Shown here: positions 17,853-24,378 of the stretch, piece after piece | How the letters are laid out: each line of letters starts with the position of its first letter | How positions within the stretch are numbered: position 1 is the first letter of the stretch | Assembly (NCBI GenBank): GCA_018830765.1 | Contig: JAHJRJ010000003.1 | Location: forward strand, 1-37,239 | DNA length: 37,239 nucleotides | Direction of reading: 5' to 3' | Source of the DNA: Bacteroidota bacterium | GTDB lineage: Bacteria; Bacteroidota; Ignavibacteria; UBA10030; BY39 | Translations under genes and position numbers: made by a program | Notes under the pieces: generated by a model | The model's database searches: none | The model's input: the letters and a program-made list of their open reading frames with translations, nothing else | What the model was told of the DNA's origin: nothing

Positions 17853-19088
17853 ATGCAACTAATGAAAGCAGTCGTTAAAGATAAGCCGTATCCCGGCAAG
17901 GAATGGCACAAAGGCTTTAAGATTATCGAAAAAGAAGTTCCGGAAATTAAAAACCCGGATGAGGTAAAAATCAAAGTAATCGTAACTGCGATTTGCGGGA
18001 CGGATGTTGGTATCTACAATGCGAAGGATTCACTCAAGGATTCGATGATGATTTTAGAAACGGAGAATGTAACAGTCGGGCACGAGTTCAGTGGTAAGAT
18101 TGTAGATGCAGGAGCGAAAGCAAAAATTCAAATTGCAAGGTTGTTGATTGAACAAGTAAAAAGCACACCCGTTGTTAAAAAATTTGTGGACAGGCGCAGT
18201 CCGGTTCAGCTTGCACGCGATGCTCACTTAATCAAATTCTTAGATAAATATTTTTACTGCTCTGCTGAAATGCACGTTACTTGCGGTACGTGTGTTCAGT
18301 GCAAAGCTGGAGAACAGCATGTCTGTCGAAATACAATCATCAGAGGTTTGCATGGCGATGGTTCGTATGCAGAGTACGTTACTTTACCCGCTGAGAACAT
18401 TCGTCTCTTTTACAAAAACGAAATTCCCCCCGAAGTAATCGCTTTTATGGACGCAATCGGGAACGCGACTCACACAGTTCAGTCTGTAGATGTAAAAGGA
18501 AAGTCGGTGGCAATCTTGGGATGTGGAGTTCAAGGACTGATGGCAACTGCTGTGGCGAAATATTTGGGAGCAAAAAATATATTCGTTACCGATGCTTCGC
18601 ACGGCGAGTTCACGCACGATAAGTTAGAAAATTCTCGCTTCCGTCTCGCTCGGTTATATGGAGCCAAGCATTGCTTCGATGTTTCGATTGACCGTGAGAA
18701 AGAAAAATTTTACAAAACAGTTTTAGAAGAGACTAATAACGCCGGCGTTGATGCTGTAATTGAAATGTCCGGCAACTACAAAGCGTACGAGGATGCTTTT
18801 AAGGTTGTTAGGATGGGCGGAACGATTTCATTGTTAGGTTTACCCGGTGGACAAATGGTTACAGATTTTGCCAAACATATAATTTTCCCCGGCATAACAA
18901 TCAAAGGCATTATCGGTCGGAGAGTGTGGGAAACTTGGGATGTTATGACTGAAATCCTGAAAAAAGGTCTTGCCAAAAAATTTGTAAAGACGGGATTCAT
19001 CACGCATGATTTGCCGCTTGAAAAAGTGGATGAGGGAATTGAGGCGATAATGAAAGGCGAGGCGCTGAAGGTGATACTAAGACCGTGA
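17853..19088 (+). CDS. tdh: L-threonine 3-dehydrogenase-like zinc-dependent dehydrogenase (with insertion)
   Basis: Catalytic Zn ligands AICGTD and VGHEFSG, structural Zn loop CGTCVQCKAGEQHVC, Rossmann motif LGCGVQG, and the Tdh-like tail GIIGRRVWETWDVM. It is about 70 aa longer than typical Tdh. Confidence 0.8.
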   Translation: MQLMKAVVKDKPYPGKEWHKGFKIIEKEVPEIKNPDEVKIKVIVTAICGTDVGIYNAKDSLKDSMMILETENVTVGHEFSGKIVDAGAKAKIQIARLLIEQVKSTPVVKKFVDRRSPVQLARDAHLIKFLDKYFYCSAEMHVTCGTCVQCKAGEQHVCRNTIIRGLHGDGSYAEYVTLPAENIRLFYKNEIPPEVIAFMDAIGNATHTVQSVDVKGKSVAILGCGVQGLMATAVAKYLGAKNIFVTDASHGEFTHDKLENSRFRLARLYGAKHCFDVSIDREKEKFYKTVLEETNNAGVDAVIEMSGNYKAYEDAFKVVRMGGTISLLGLPGGQMVTDFAKHIIFPGITIKGIIGRRVWETWDVMTEILKKGLAKKFVKTGFITHDLPLEKVDEGIEAIMKGEALKVILRP

Positions 19089-19182
19089 ATTGCGAAACGG
19101 TGAAAGGGAGAAATGGAGAATCGGTGAGTTTGTAAGTTTATGAGGTTTTGAAGATGAATTACTCAATATTCTCCAGTTCCCG

Positions 19183-19273
19183 CACACTGCTCTCAGCTTA
19201 CTGTTCATTGTTTATTGTTTACTGCTCATTGTTCATCGCTCATCGCTCATTGCTAACTGCTTTCTTGCGCTTG
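19183..19273. repeat. Degenerate heptanucleotide tandem tract (13 units, YTnAYTG family)
   Basis: CACACTG CTCTCAG CTTACTG TTCATTG TTTATTG TTTACTG CTCATTG TTCATCG CTCATCG CTCATTG CTAACTG CTTTCTT GCGCTTG. Confidence 0.8.
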
Positions 19274-19362
19274 TGATTTTACTTAAAATTTTTTTATATT
19301 TCACTCACCAATCAAGTTTTACCCTCGTTCTTCAATCTTAATCATAATTCAAATCGAATAAA

Positions 19363-19719
19363 ATGATCAAAGGTATTGGAGTTGATATTGTCAACCTCGA
19401 TAGGTTTGAGAATATCGATAACGATCAGGATTTCGTAAATCAGATTTTGAGTGATTACGAAATATCTGTCGTCCTGACTCGTAATCCCAAATATGTTCAA
19501 GTTGCAAAAGCTTTTGCTCTTAAAGAAGCAACGATGAAAGCTTTAGGAACAGGTTTGTATTACGGATCTTATTGGCATGATATAGAAGTGTCGGAATTTT
19601 GGGAAATTAAACTTTCCGGCTTTCTGAAGGAAATTTCAGATAAGATGAAAATAAATAAAATTAATAACTCATTTGCACAAACTAAAAATTTTGTAGTAGC
19701 TGTAGTCATATTAGAATGA
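19363..19719 (+). CDS. acpS: Holo-[acyl-carrier-protein] synthase (4'-phosphopantetheinyl transferase)
   Basis: MIKGIGVDIV start, FALKEATMKALGTG core, C-terminal VAVVILE; 118 aa. Confidence 0.85.
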   Translation: MIKGIGVDIVNLDRFENIDNDQDFVNQILSDYEISVVLTRNPKYVQVAKAFALKEATMKALGTGLYYGSYWHDIEVSEFWEIKLSGFLKEISDKMKINKINNSFAQTKNFVVAVVILE

Positions 19720-19737
19720 TTTATATAAGGAGATTTC

Positions 19738-21438
19738 ATGAGTAATATCGGTTCATACGAAGAGAAATACAAAACTTTTAAATGGGAACAAGCTGAAGAG
19801 GAATTGGAGTACGGTAAAAATGGAATATACAATATCGGTTATTATTGTAGCGACAGAATCTGCGAAAAAGGCAGTGCCAATAAGTTGGCATTAATATGGG
19901 AAGGATTCACCGGCGGGGTAAAAAATTTCACCTACAACGATATACGCGTGTACAGTAATACAATTGCAAAGTTTTTGCAGGATAACGGAGTAAACATGGG
20001 CGACCGTGTTTGTCTTTTCATGGATAAAGTTCCTGAATTGTATCTCGGATTTATTGGAATCTTAAAGATGGGTGGAATAGCTCAACCGCTCTTCTCTGCA
20101 TTCGGAGAAGAAGCATTATTCACTCGCTTGGATGATGCAAAAACCAAAGCAATAATTACTCAGAAAAAACATCTCGGAAAAGTCCGTAGGATAAAAGATA
20201 AACTTCCTGAGCTTACTAAAATTATCATTGTCGATGCTGACGATACAACACCCCAAGTTAATGAAATTCATTTTTGTATGGAGAAATCAGAGAAGGTTGA
20301 TAAGTTCGATATCGTAAAGGTTGGACCGGAAGTGCCTTCTGTTCTTCACTATACTTCCGGTACAACAGGTAAACCAAAAGGTGCTCAGCACGTTCACTCT
20401 TCAATTATTGCTCAATACATAACGTCAAAGTGGGTTCTCGATTTGCAGCCCGATGATATTTATTGGTGTACTGCTGATCCCGGATGGGTAACCGGAACTT
20501 CATACGGCATTATCGGTCCGTGGGCAAACGGTGTTACACAAGTTGTTTTGGATGCCGGCTTTGGCACCGAAAAGTGGTATGCGTTTATTCAGAAATATAA
20601 AGTTACGATGTGGTATTCAGCACCAACTGCAATCCGTTTGCTGATGAAGGAGGGCTTGGATGTGGTAAAGAAGTTCGACCTAACATCACTCCGCCATCTT
20701 GCGAGCGTCGGTGAACCGCTGAACGCTGAAGCTGTTATCTGGTCTGAGAAAGCATTCGGTAAACCATTTTATGATACATATTGGCAAACTGAAACCGGTG
20801 CGATAGTGATAACGAATTTTCCGGGAATGAAAATCAAACCCGGCTCTATGGGGAAACCGTTCCCTGGTATCGCCGCAACTGTAGTTAATCCAAAGACTTA
20901 TGAGCCGATTGAAACTCCGGGTACAGTCGGTTTAATTGCTCTCAAACCCGGTTGGCCCTCTATGATGCGCACCTATTGGAATAATAAAGAAACTTATAAT
21001 GGAAAGTTTAAAAATGGCTGGTATATTTGCGGCGACCGTTCAAGCATCGATAACGAGGGCTATTTCTGGTTTGTAGGGCGTGATGATGATGTTATTAACA
21101 CCGCTGGACACCTTGTCGGTCCATTCGAGATTGAATCCGCCCTGCTTGAGCACAAAGCAGTCGCAGAATCGGCTGCGATTGGAAAACCCGACCCTGTAAA
21201 TATGGAAGTAGTGAAAGCTTTTATTGCACTTAAACCAGGTTTTGAACCAAGCGGCGATTTAGAATTAGACATTATGAATTTTATCCGGAAGAAACTTTCT
21301 CCTCTGGCAATGCCTCAAGAGATTGAGTTCGTCCCATCGCTTCCAAAAACTCGCAGCGGTAAAATAATGCGGCGTCTCCTCCGTGCGAAAGAATGGGGCG
21401 AAGAAATAGGAGATATTTCGACTTTAGAAAATGATTAA
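19738..21438 (+). CDS. AMP-forming acyl/acetyl-CoA synthetase (Bacillus AcsA-like)
   Basis: A3 motif YTSGTTGKPKG, YWCTADPGWVTG, WYSAPTA, GEPLN, DTYWQTETG, GYFWFVGRDDDVI, PKTRSGKIMRR. From memory it resembles the about 570-aa AcsA type along the full length. SD AAGGAGA. Confidence 0.85.
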   Translation: MSNIGSYEEKYKTFKWEQAEEELEYGKNGIYNIGYYCSDRICEKGSANKLALIWEGFTGGVKNFTYNDIRVYSNTIAKFLQDNGVNMGDRVCLFMDKVPELYLGFIGILKMGGIAQPLFSAFGEEALFTRLDDAKTKAIITQKKHLGKVRRIKDKLPELTKIIIVDADDTTPQVNEIHFCMEKSEKVDKFDIVKVGPEVPSVLHYTSGTTGKPKGAQHVHSSIIAQYITSKWVLDLQPDDIYWCTADPGWVTGTSYGIIGPWANGVTQVVLDAGFGTEKWYAFIQKYKVTMWYSAPTAIRLLMKEGLDVVKKFDLTSLRHLASVGEPLNAEAVIWSEKAFGKPFYDTYWQTETGAIVITNFPGMKIKPGSMGKPFPGIAATVVNPKTYEPIETPGTVGLIALKPGWPSMMRTYWNNKETYNGKFKNGWYICGDRSSIDNEGYFWFVGRDDDVINTAGHLVGPFEIESALLEHKAVAESAAIGKPDPVNMEVVKAFIALKPGFEPSGDLELDIMNFIRKKLSPLAMPQEIEFVPSLPKTRSGKIMRRLLRAKEWGEEIGDISTLEND

Positions 21439-21457
21439 AATTAAAATTCGAATTACT

Positions 21458-21576
21458 AAATCCTAAATTCTAAATAATATCTAAATTCGAATTTCAAAAC
21501 GTTGATTGTTCTAATGTTTGAAATTTAGATTTTCGTGCTTGTTTAGGATTTTAATATTCGGATTTCGGATTTTTTT
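21458..21576 (+). terminator. Long imperfect palindrome with T run (probable terminator), embedded in a heptad-periodic tract
   Basis: AAATCCTAAA (21458-21467) pairs exactly with TTTAGGATTT (21542-21551). An inner ATTTCAAAAC/GTTTGAAAT stem lies within. Downstream is TTCGGAT TTCGGAT TTTTTT. Confidence 0.55.
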
Positions 21577-21617
21577 ATAAGATTACAAAAATATATAAAT
21601 TAAAATATGGAGCAGTT

Positions 21618-21872
21618 ATGTCAGAAGAAATTAAAAAATTAATTATCGATTACGTCAAAAAAGAATATCTCGAAGAAGATTCAACTATGGAAGTGAACGA
21701 AAACACAAAGCTCATCTCGAGCGGGATAGTTGATTCGTTTTCTATGGTATCACTTAAAATGTTCATTGAAAATAAATTCGCAATAAAAATTCCCGATGAT
21801 AAGGCAACACCCGAGGCGTTCGATTCCGTGAATAATATCATCAATGTTATAAAAGAATTTGTGAAAATATAA
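21618..21872 (+). CDS. Stand-alone acyl/peptidyl carrier protein
   Basis: 84 aa, acidic, with phosphopantetheine attachment context SSGIVDSFSMVSL. The stop lies 9 nt before the next gene. Confidence 0.8.
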   Translation: MSEEIKKLIIDYVKKEYLEEDSTMEVNENTKLISSGIVDSFSMVSLKMFIENKFAIKIPDDKATPEAFDSVNNIINVIKEFVKI

Positions 21873-21881
21873 GGAGGATAT

Positions 21882-23129
21882 ATGGCATACAGCGAGAAGG
21901 CGAAATCATTCTACGAGAATGAACTAAAAGGCATCCGTCAGGGTGGACTTTTTAAAGAAGAACGCTACATTAAATCGCAGCAAGCGGCAAAAATACGAGT
22001 TGAATATCCTATCGGCGCACCGATCAAAGATGTGTTGAACTTCTGTGCTAATAATTATCTCGGTCTATCAAGTCATCCCGAAGTTATAGCCGCGGCTCAT
22101 AAAGGACTTGATGAGAGAGGATATGGACTGTCGTCAGTGCGGTTCATCTGCGGTACGCAGGATATCCATCGCGAGCTTGAGAATAAGCTCTCTGCATTTC
22201 TTGGGATGGAGGATACGCTGCTCTTTCCATCCTGTATGGAGGCGAACGCCGGACTATTCGACGTTATGCTCGATAAGGACGATGCGATGATAGCGGATCG
22301 GCTCGTTCACGCCTCGATCGTTGATGGAATGCGGCTTTGTAAAGCTCAGCTCTACAATTACAAGCATTCGGATATGGCACACCTCGAGGAGAAATTACAG
22401 GAAACTCAGCACTGCAGATTGCGTTTAATTATTACAGATGGAGTCTTCTCGATGGATGGCGACATCGTTAAATTAGATAAAATTTGTGAACTTGCAGAGA
22501 AGTACGATGCGATGGTTATGGTGGACGATTCGCATGCGACAGGTTTTATAGGAAAACACGGCAGAGGAACGCACGAGCATTGTGGAGTTATGGATAAAGT
22601 GGATGTGATTACAACGACTCTCGGTAAAGCTCTTGGTGGTGCAGCAGGCGGATGTGTCAGCGGTAAGAAAGAGATCGTGGAGATGTGCCGTCAGCGCGCC
22701 CGTCCTTACCTGTTTTCGAACACGGTACCGCCTGTCGTGGTTGCTGCTGCAATCAAGGTTGTCGATTTGATTTCGGAATCAACAGATCGTCGGGATAAAC
22801 TCGAAGAAAACACAAAGTACTTCCGCGAGAAAATGATTAATGCAGGTCTTGATATCAAAAAAGGTGAAAGCCCGATTGTCCCAGTAATGCTATATAATGC
22901 AAAACTTGCACAGGATGTAGCACGCGATCTTTACGAGGAAGGTATTTATGTGGTTGGATTCTTCTTCCCGGTTGTCCCGCAAGGTCAGGCACGCATCAGA
23001 ACACAAATTTCTGCAGACCACGAGAAAGAACATCTCGATAACGCAATCACCGCTTTTACAAAAATAGGGGAGAAGTATAAAATTCTCAGCAAGAAGAAAG
23101 ATGAAATAATCGCGATGTACGGTATGTAA
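21882..23129 (+). CDS. Kbl/BioF-family alpha-oxoamine synthase, paralogue 1 (2-amino-3-ketobutyrate CoA ligase-like)
   Basis: [41 protein letters not shown]-lysine context TTLGKALGG, PVVPQGQARIRTQIS. SD AAGGAGGA. Confidence 0.85.
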   Translation: MAYSEKAKSFYENELKGIRQGGLFKEERYIKSQQAAKIRVEYPIGAPIKDVLNFCANNYLGLSSHPEVIAAAHKGLDERGYGLSSVRFICGTQDIHRELENKLSAFLGMEDTLLFPSCMEANAGLFDVMLDKDDAMIADRLVHASIVDGMRLCKAQLYNYKHSDMAHLEEKLQETQHCRLRLIITDGVFSMDGDIVKLDKICELAEKYDAMVMVDDSHATGFIGKHGRGTHEHCGVMDKVDVITTTLGKALGGAAGGCVSGKKEIVEMCRQRARPYLFSNTVPPVVVAAAIKVVDLISESTDRRDKLEENTKYFREKMINAGLDIKKGESPIVPVMLYNAKLAQDVARDLYEEGIYVVGFFFPVVPQGQARIRTQISADHEKEHLDNAITAFTKIGEKYKILSKKKDEIIAMYGM

Positions 23130-23164
23130 GTGTTATAAGTAATTAGTCTCGAGTAATTTGCAAA

Positions 23165-23327
23165 ATGTGGCTAAAGCCAGTTAAATTTTAAAATATATTT
23201 TTTCCAGTCTGATGAAGCAGACTGCAATAGAAATAATTGCATATATATCAGTTTACTTCTCCCAATGGGATGGCTTCGCCAAGTGAACTGGCTGAAGAAA
23301 GAAAATCTGATCTGGTTTTAGCCACAT
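23165..23327. repeat. 163-bp element bounded by 16-bp inverted repeats (MITE-like or structured RNA)
   Basis: ATGTGGCTAAAGCCAG (23165-23180) versus CTGGTTTTAGCCACAT (23312-23327): 15 of 16 positions complementary. Internal hairpins are CAGTCTG-ATGAAG-CAGACTG, TGCAAT-N7-ATTGCA and CAGTTTACTT/AAGTGAACTG. Confidence 0.5.
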
Positions 23328-23411
23328 AAAGTTTTTCTCTGTTATATCTTTTTACGCTCTGCAACTATGTCTCAGTTTTTCCCAAATGGGAGGGAGTTGA
23401 GATTTAGATTT

Positions 23412-24191
23412 CTAAGATTTTGTTGAGAAGCGCGAGAAGTATTTATCAATCTCTGGACGTAATTCTATCCCTACTCGTTCAAAAATGTCAAGTAAATTAT
23501 TGTAAGTGCCTTTACCTCCTAAGAAATCCCAGAACTCATCAGCTACTTTTAGCTCATTTTCTAAATCCAACATTCCTCTCATTGTCCAGCGATTATAAGG
23601 TTGTGGTTCGTATGGATTATAGGGGATAGCAATAATTGTGTTTACTTTTGCTTTAGGACCCTCCGCCAAAACGGCAGCTACCCATTCTAAAAGTGTCCGC
23701 TTAAATTCTTTGAAACCACCCGCGTTCGGTTTGGCTGTTTTTATATCAAAGAGAAATATTTCACCAGTATTACTTTCTACCCAAACATCAACTCTGGTTG
23801 GTTTCACTTGTTTCATTTTTCCCTTACGACATACTTTACGAATAGCTTCAATCTCTTTTGATTTGTTTGGAGTACTCTCTGCGGTAGCTAAACTATCCAT
23901 TATCTCTTGGATAACCTGATGTGCTCCTTCGCTTATTTGTGTACCTGCCTTCATTTGTGATTGGGCTACTTTAAAATTCTTTTGAGCCAACGATAACGCA
24001 ACAGGTTCAAAAATAGCCGTACCAAAATTGGTATTCAGCGAGTGAATAAAGGAATACAACGCCAGGCGGTCTTTGCCAAGTAATCGGGTGTGAAATGGCA
24101 TCGAAGCTGGTTCGGGTTTGTAGTTCTGAAATTTTTTGCGAAGACAATTCTTTAGAACTTCTTCAACCGTGTGAATTTGTTGTTTTGTCAT
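23412..24191 (-). CDS. Type II restriction endonuclease, TdeIII-like (PD-(D/E)xK)
   Basis: MPFHTRLLGKDRLALYSFIHSLNTNFGTAIFEP and IAIPYNPYEPQPYNRW match my recollection of the TdeIII family; this is unverified. Candidate catalytic motif VDVWVE...LFDIKT. The ORF is open to 24284; ATG 24191 is preferred and overlaps the upstream ORF by 29 nt. Confidence 0.6.
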   Translation of the reverse strand: MTKQQIHTVEEVLKNCLRKKFQNYKPEPASMPFHTRLLGKDRLALYSFIHSLNTNFGTAIFEPVALSLAQKNFKVAQSQMKAGTQISEGAHQVIQEIMDSLATAESTPNKSKEIEAIRKVCRKGKMKQVKPTRVDVWVESNTGEIFLFDIKTAKPNAGGFKEFKRTLLEWVAAVLAEGPKAKVNTIIAIPYNPYEPQPYNRWTMRGMLDLENELKVADEFWDFLGGKGTYNNLLDIFERVGIELRPEIDKYFSRFSTKS

Positions 24192-24378
24192 ATCTTTTTC
24201 TCTTAATTTCTGAAAGAAATATTGCAGTTTCAATTGCATTGTACCATGGAACAGTATCCCCAAGTTTATTTTCCACTTTTTCAATTTCTTTTATAGTAAG
24301 CTTTCTACCAAGCAATTCATAAGAGACATTTTGGATGTCCTCTACTGTAAGCTGATAAACAGTACGCTCATCTTTCAT
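24163..24378 (-). CDS. 71-aa protein of unknown function inside the R-M operon
   Basis: Its ATG overlaps the methyltransferase stop (ATGA, 24375-24378). No classical HTH is recognisable (MKDERTVYQLTVEDIQNVSYELLGRKLTIKEIEKVENKLGDTVPWYNAIETAI...). Confidence 0.45.
   Translation of the reverse strand: MKDERTVYQLTVEDIQNVSYELLGRKLTIKEIEKVENKLGDTVPWYNAIETAIFLSEIKRKRYDKTTNSHG

Noticed and set aside
22108-22290. 60-aa plus-strand ORF inside Kbl paralogue 1 in another frame
   Set aside because: It is embedded out of frame in a strongly supported gene, and its Arg/Cys/Ser-rich composition is typical of an off-frame translation.
24192-24284. Longer N-terminus of the nuclease ORF (starts at 24284 or 24239)
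   Set aside because: It would overlap the 71-aa ORF by up to 122 nt and adds a non-conserved-looking hydrophobic/basic stretch. It is not excluded, only less likely.
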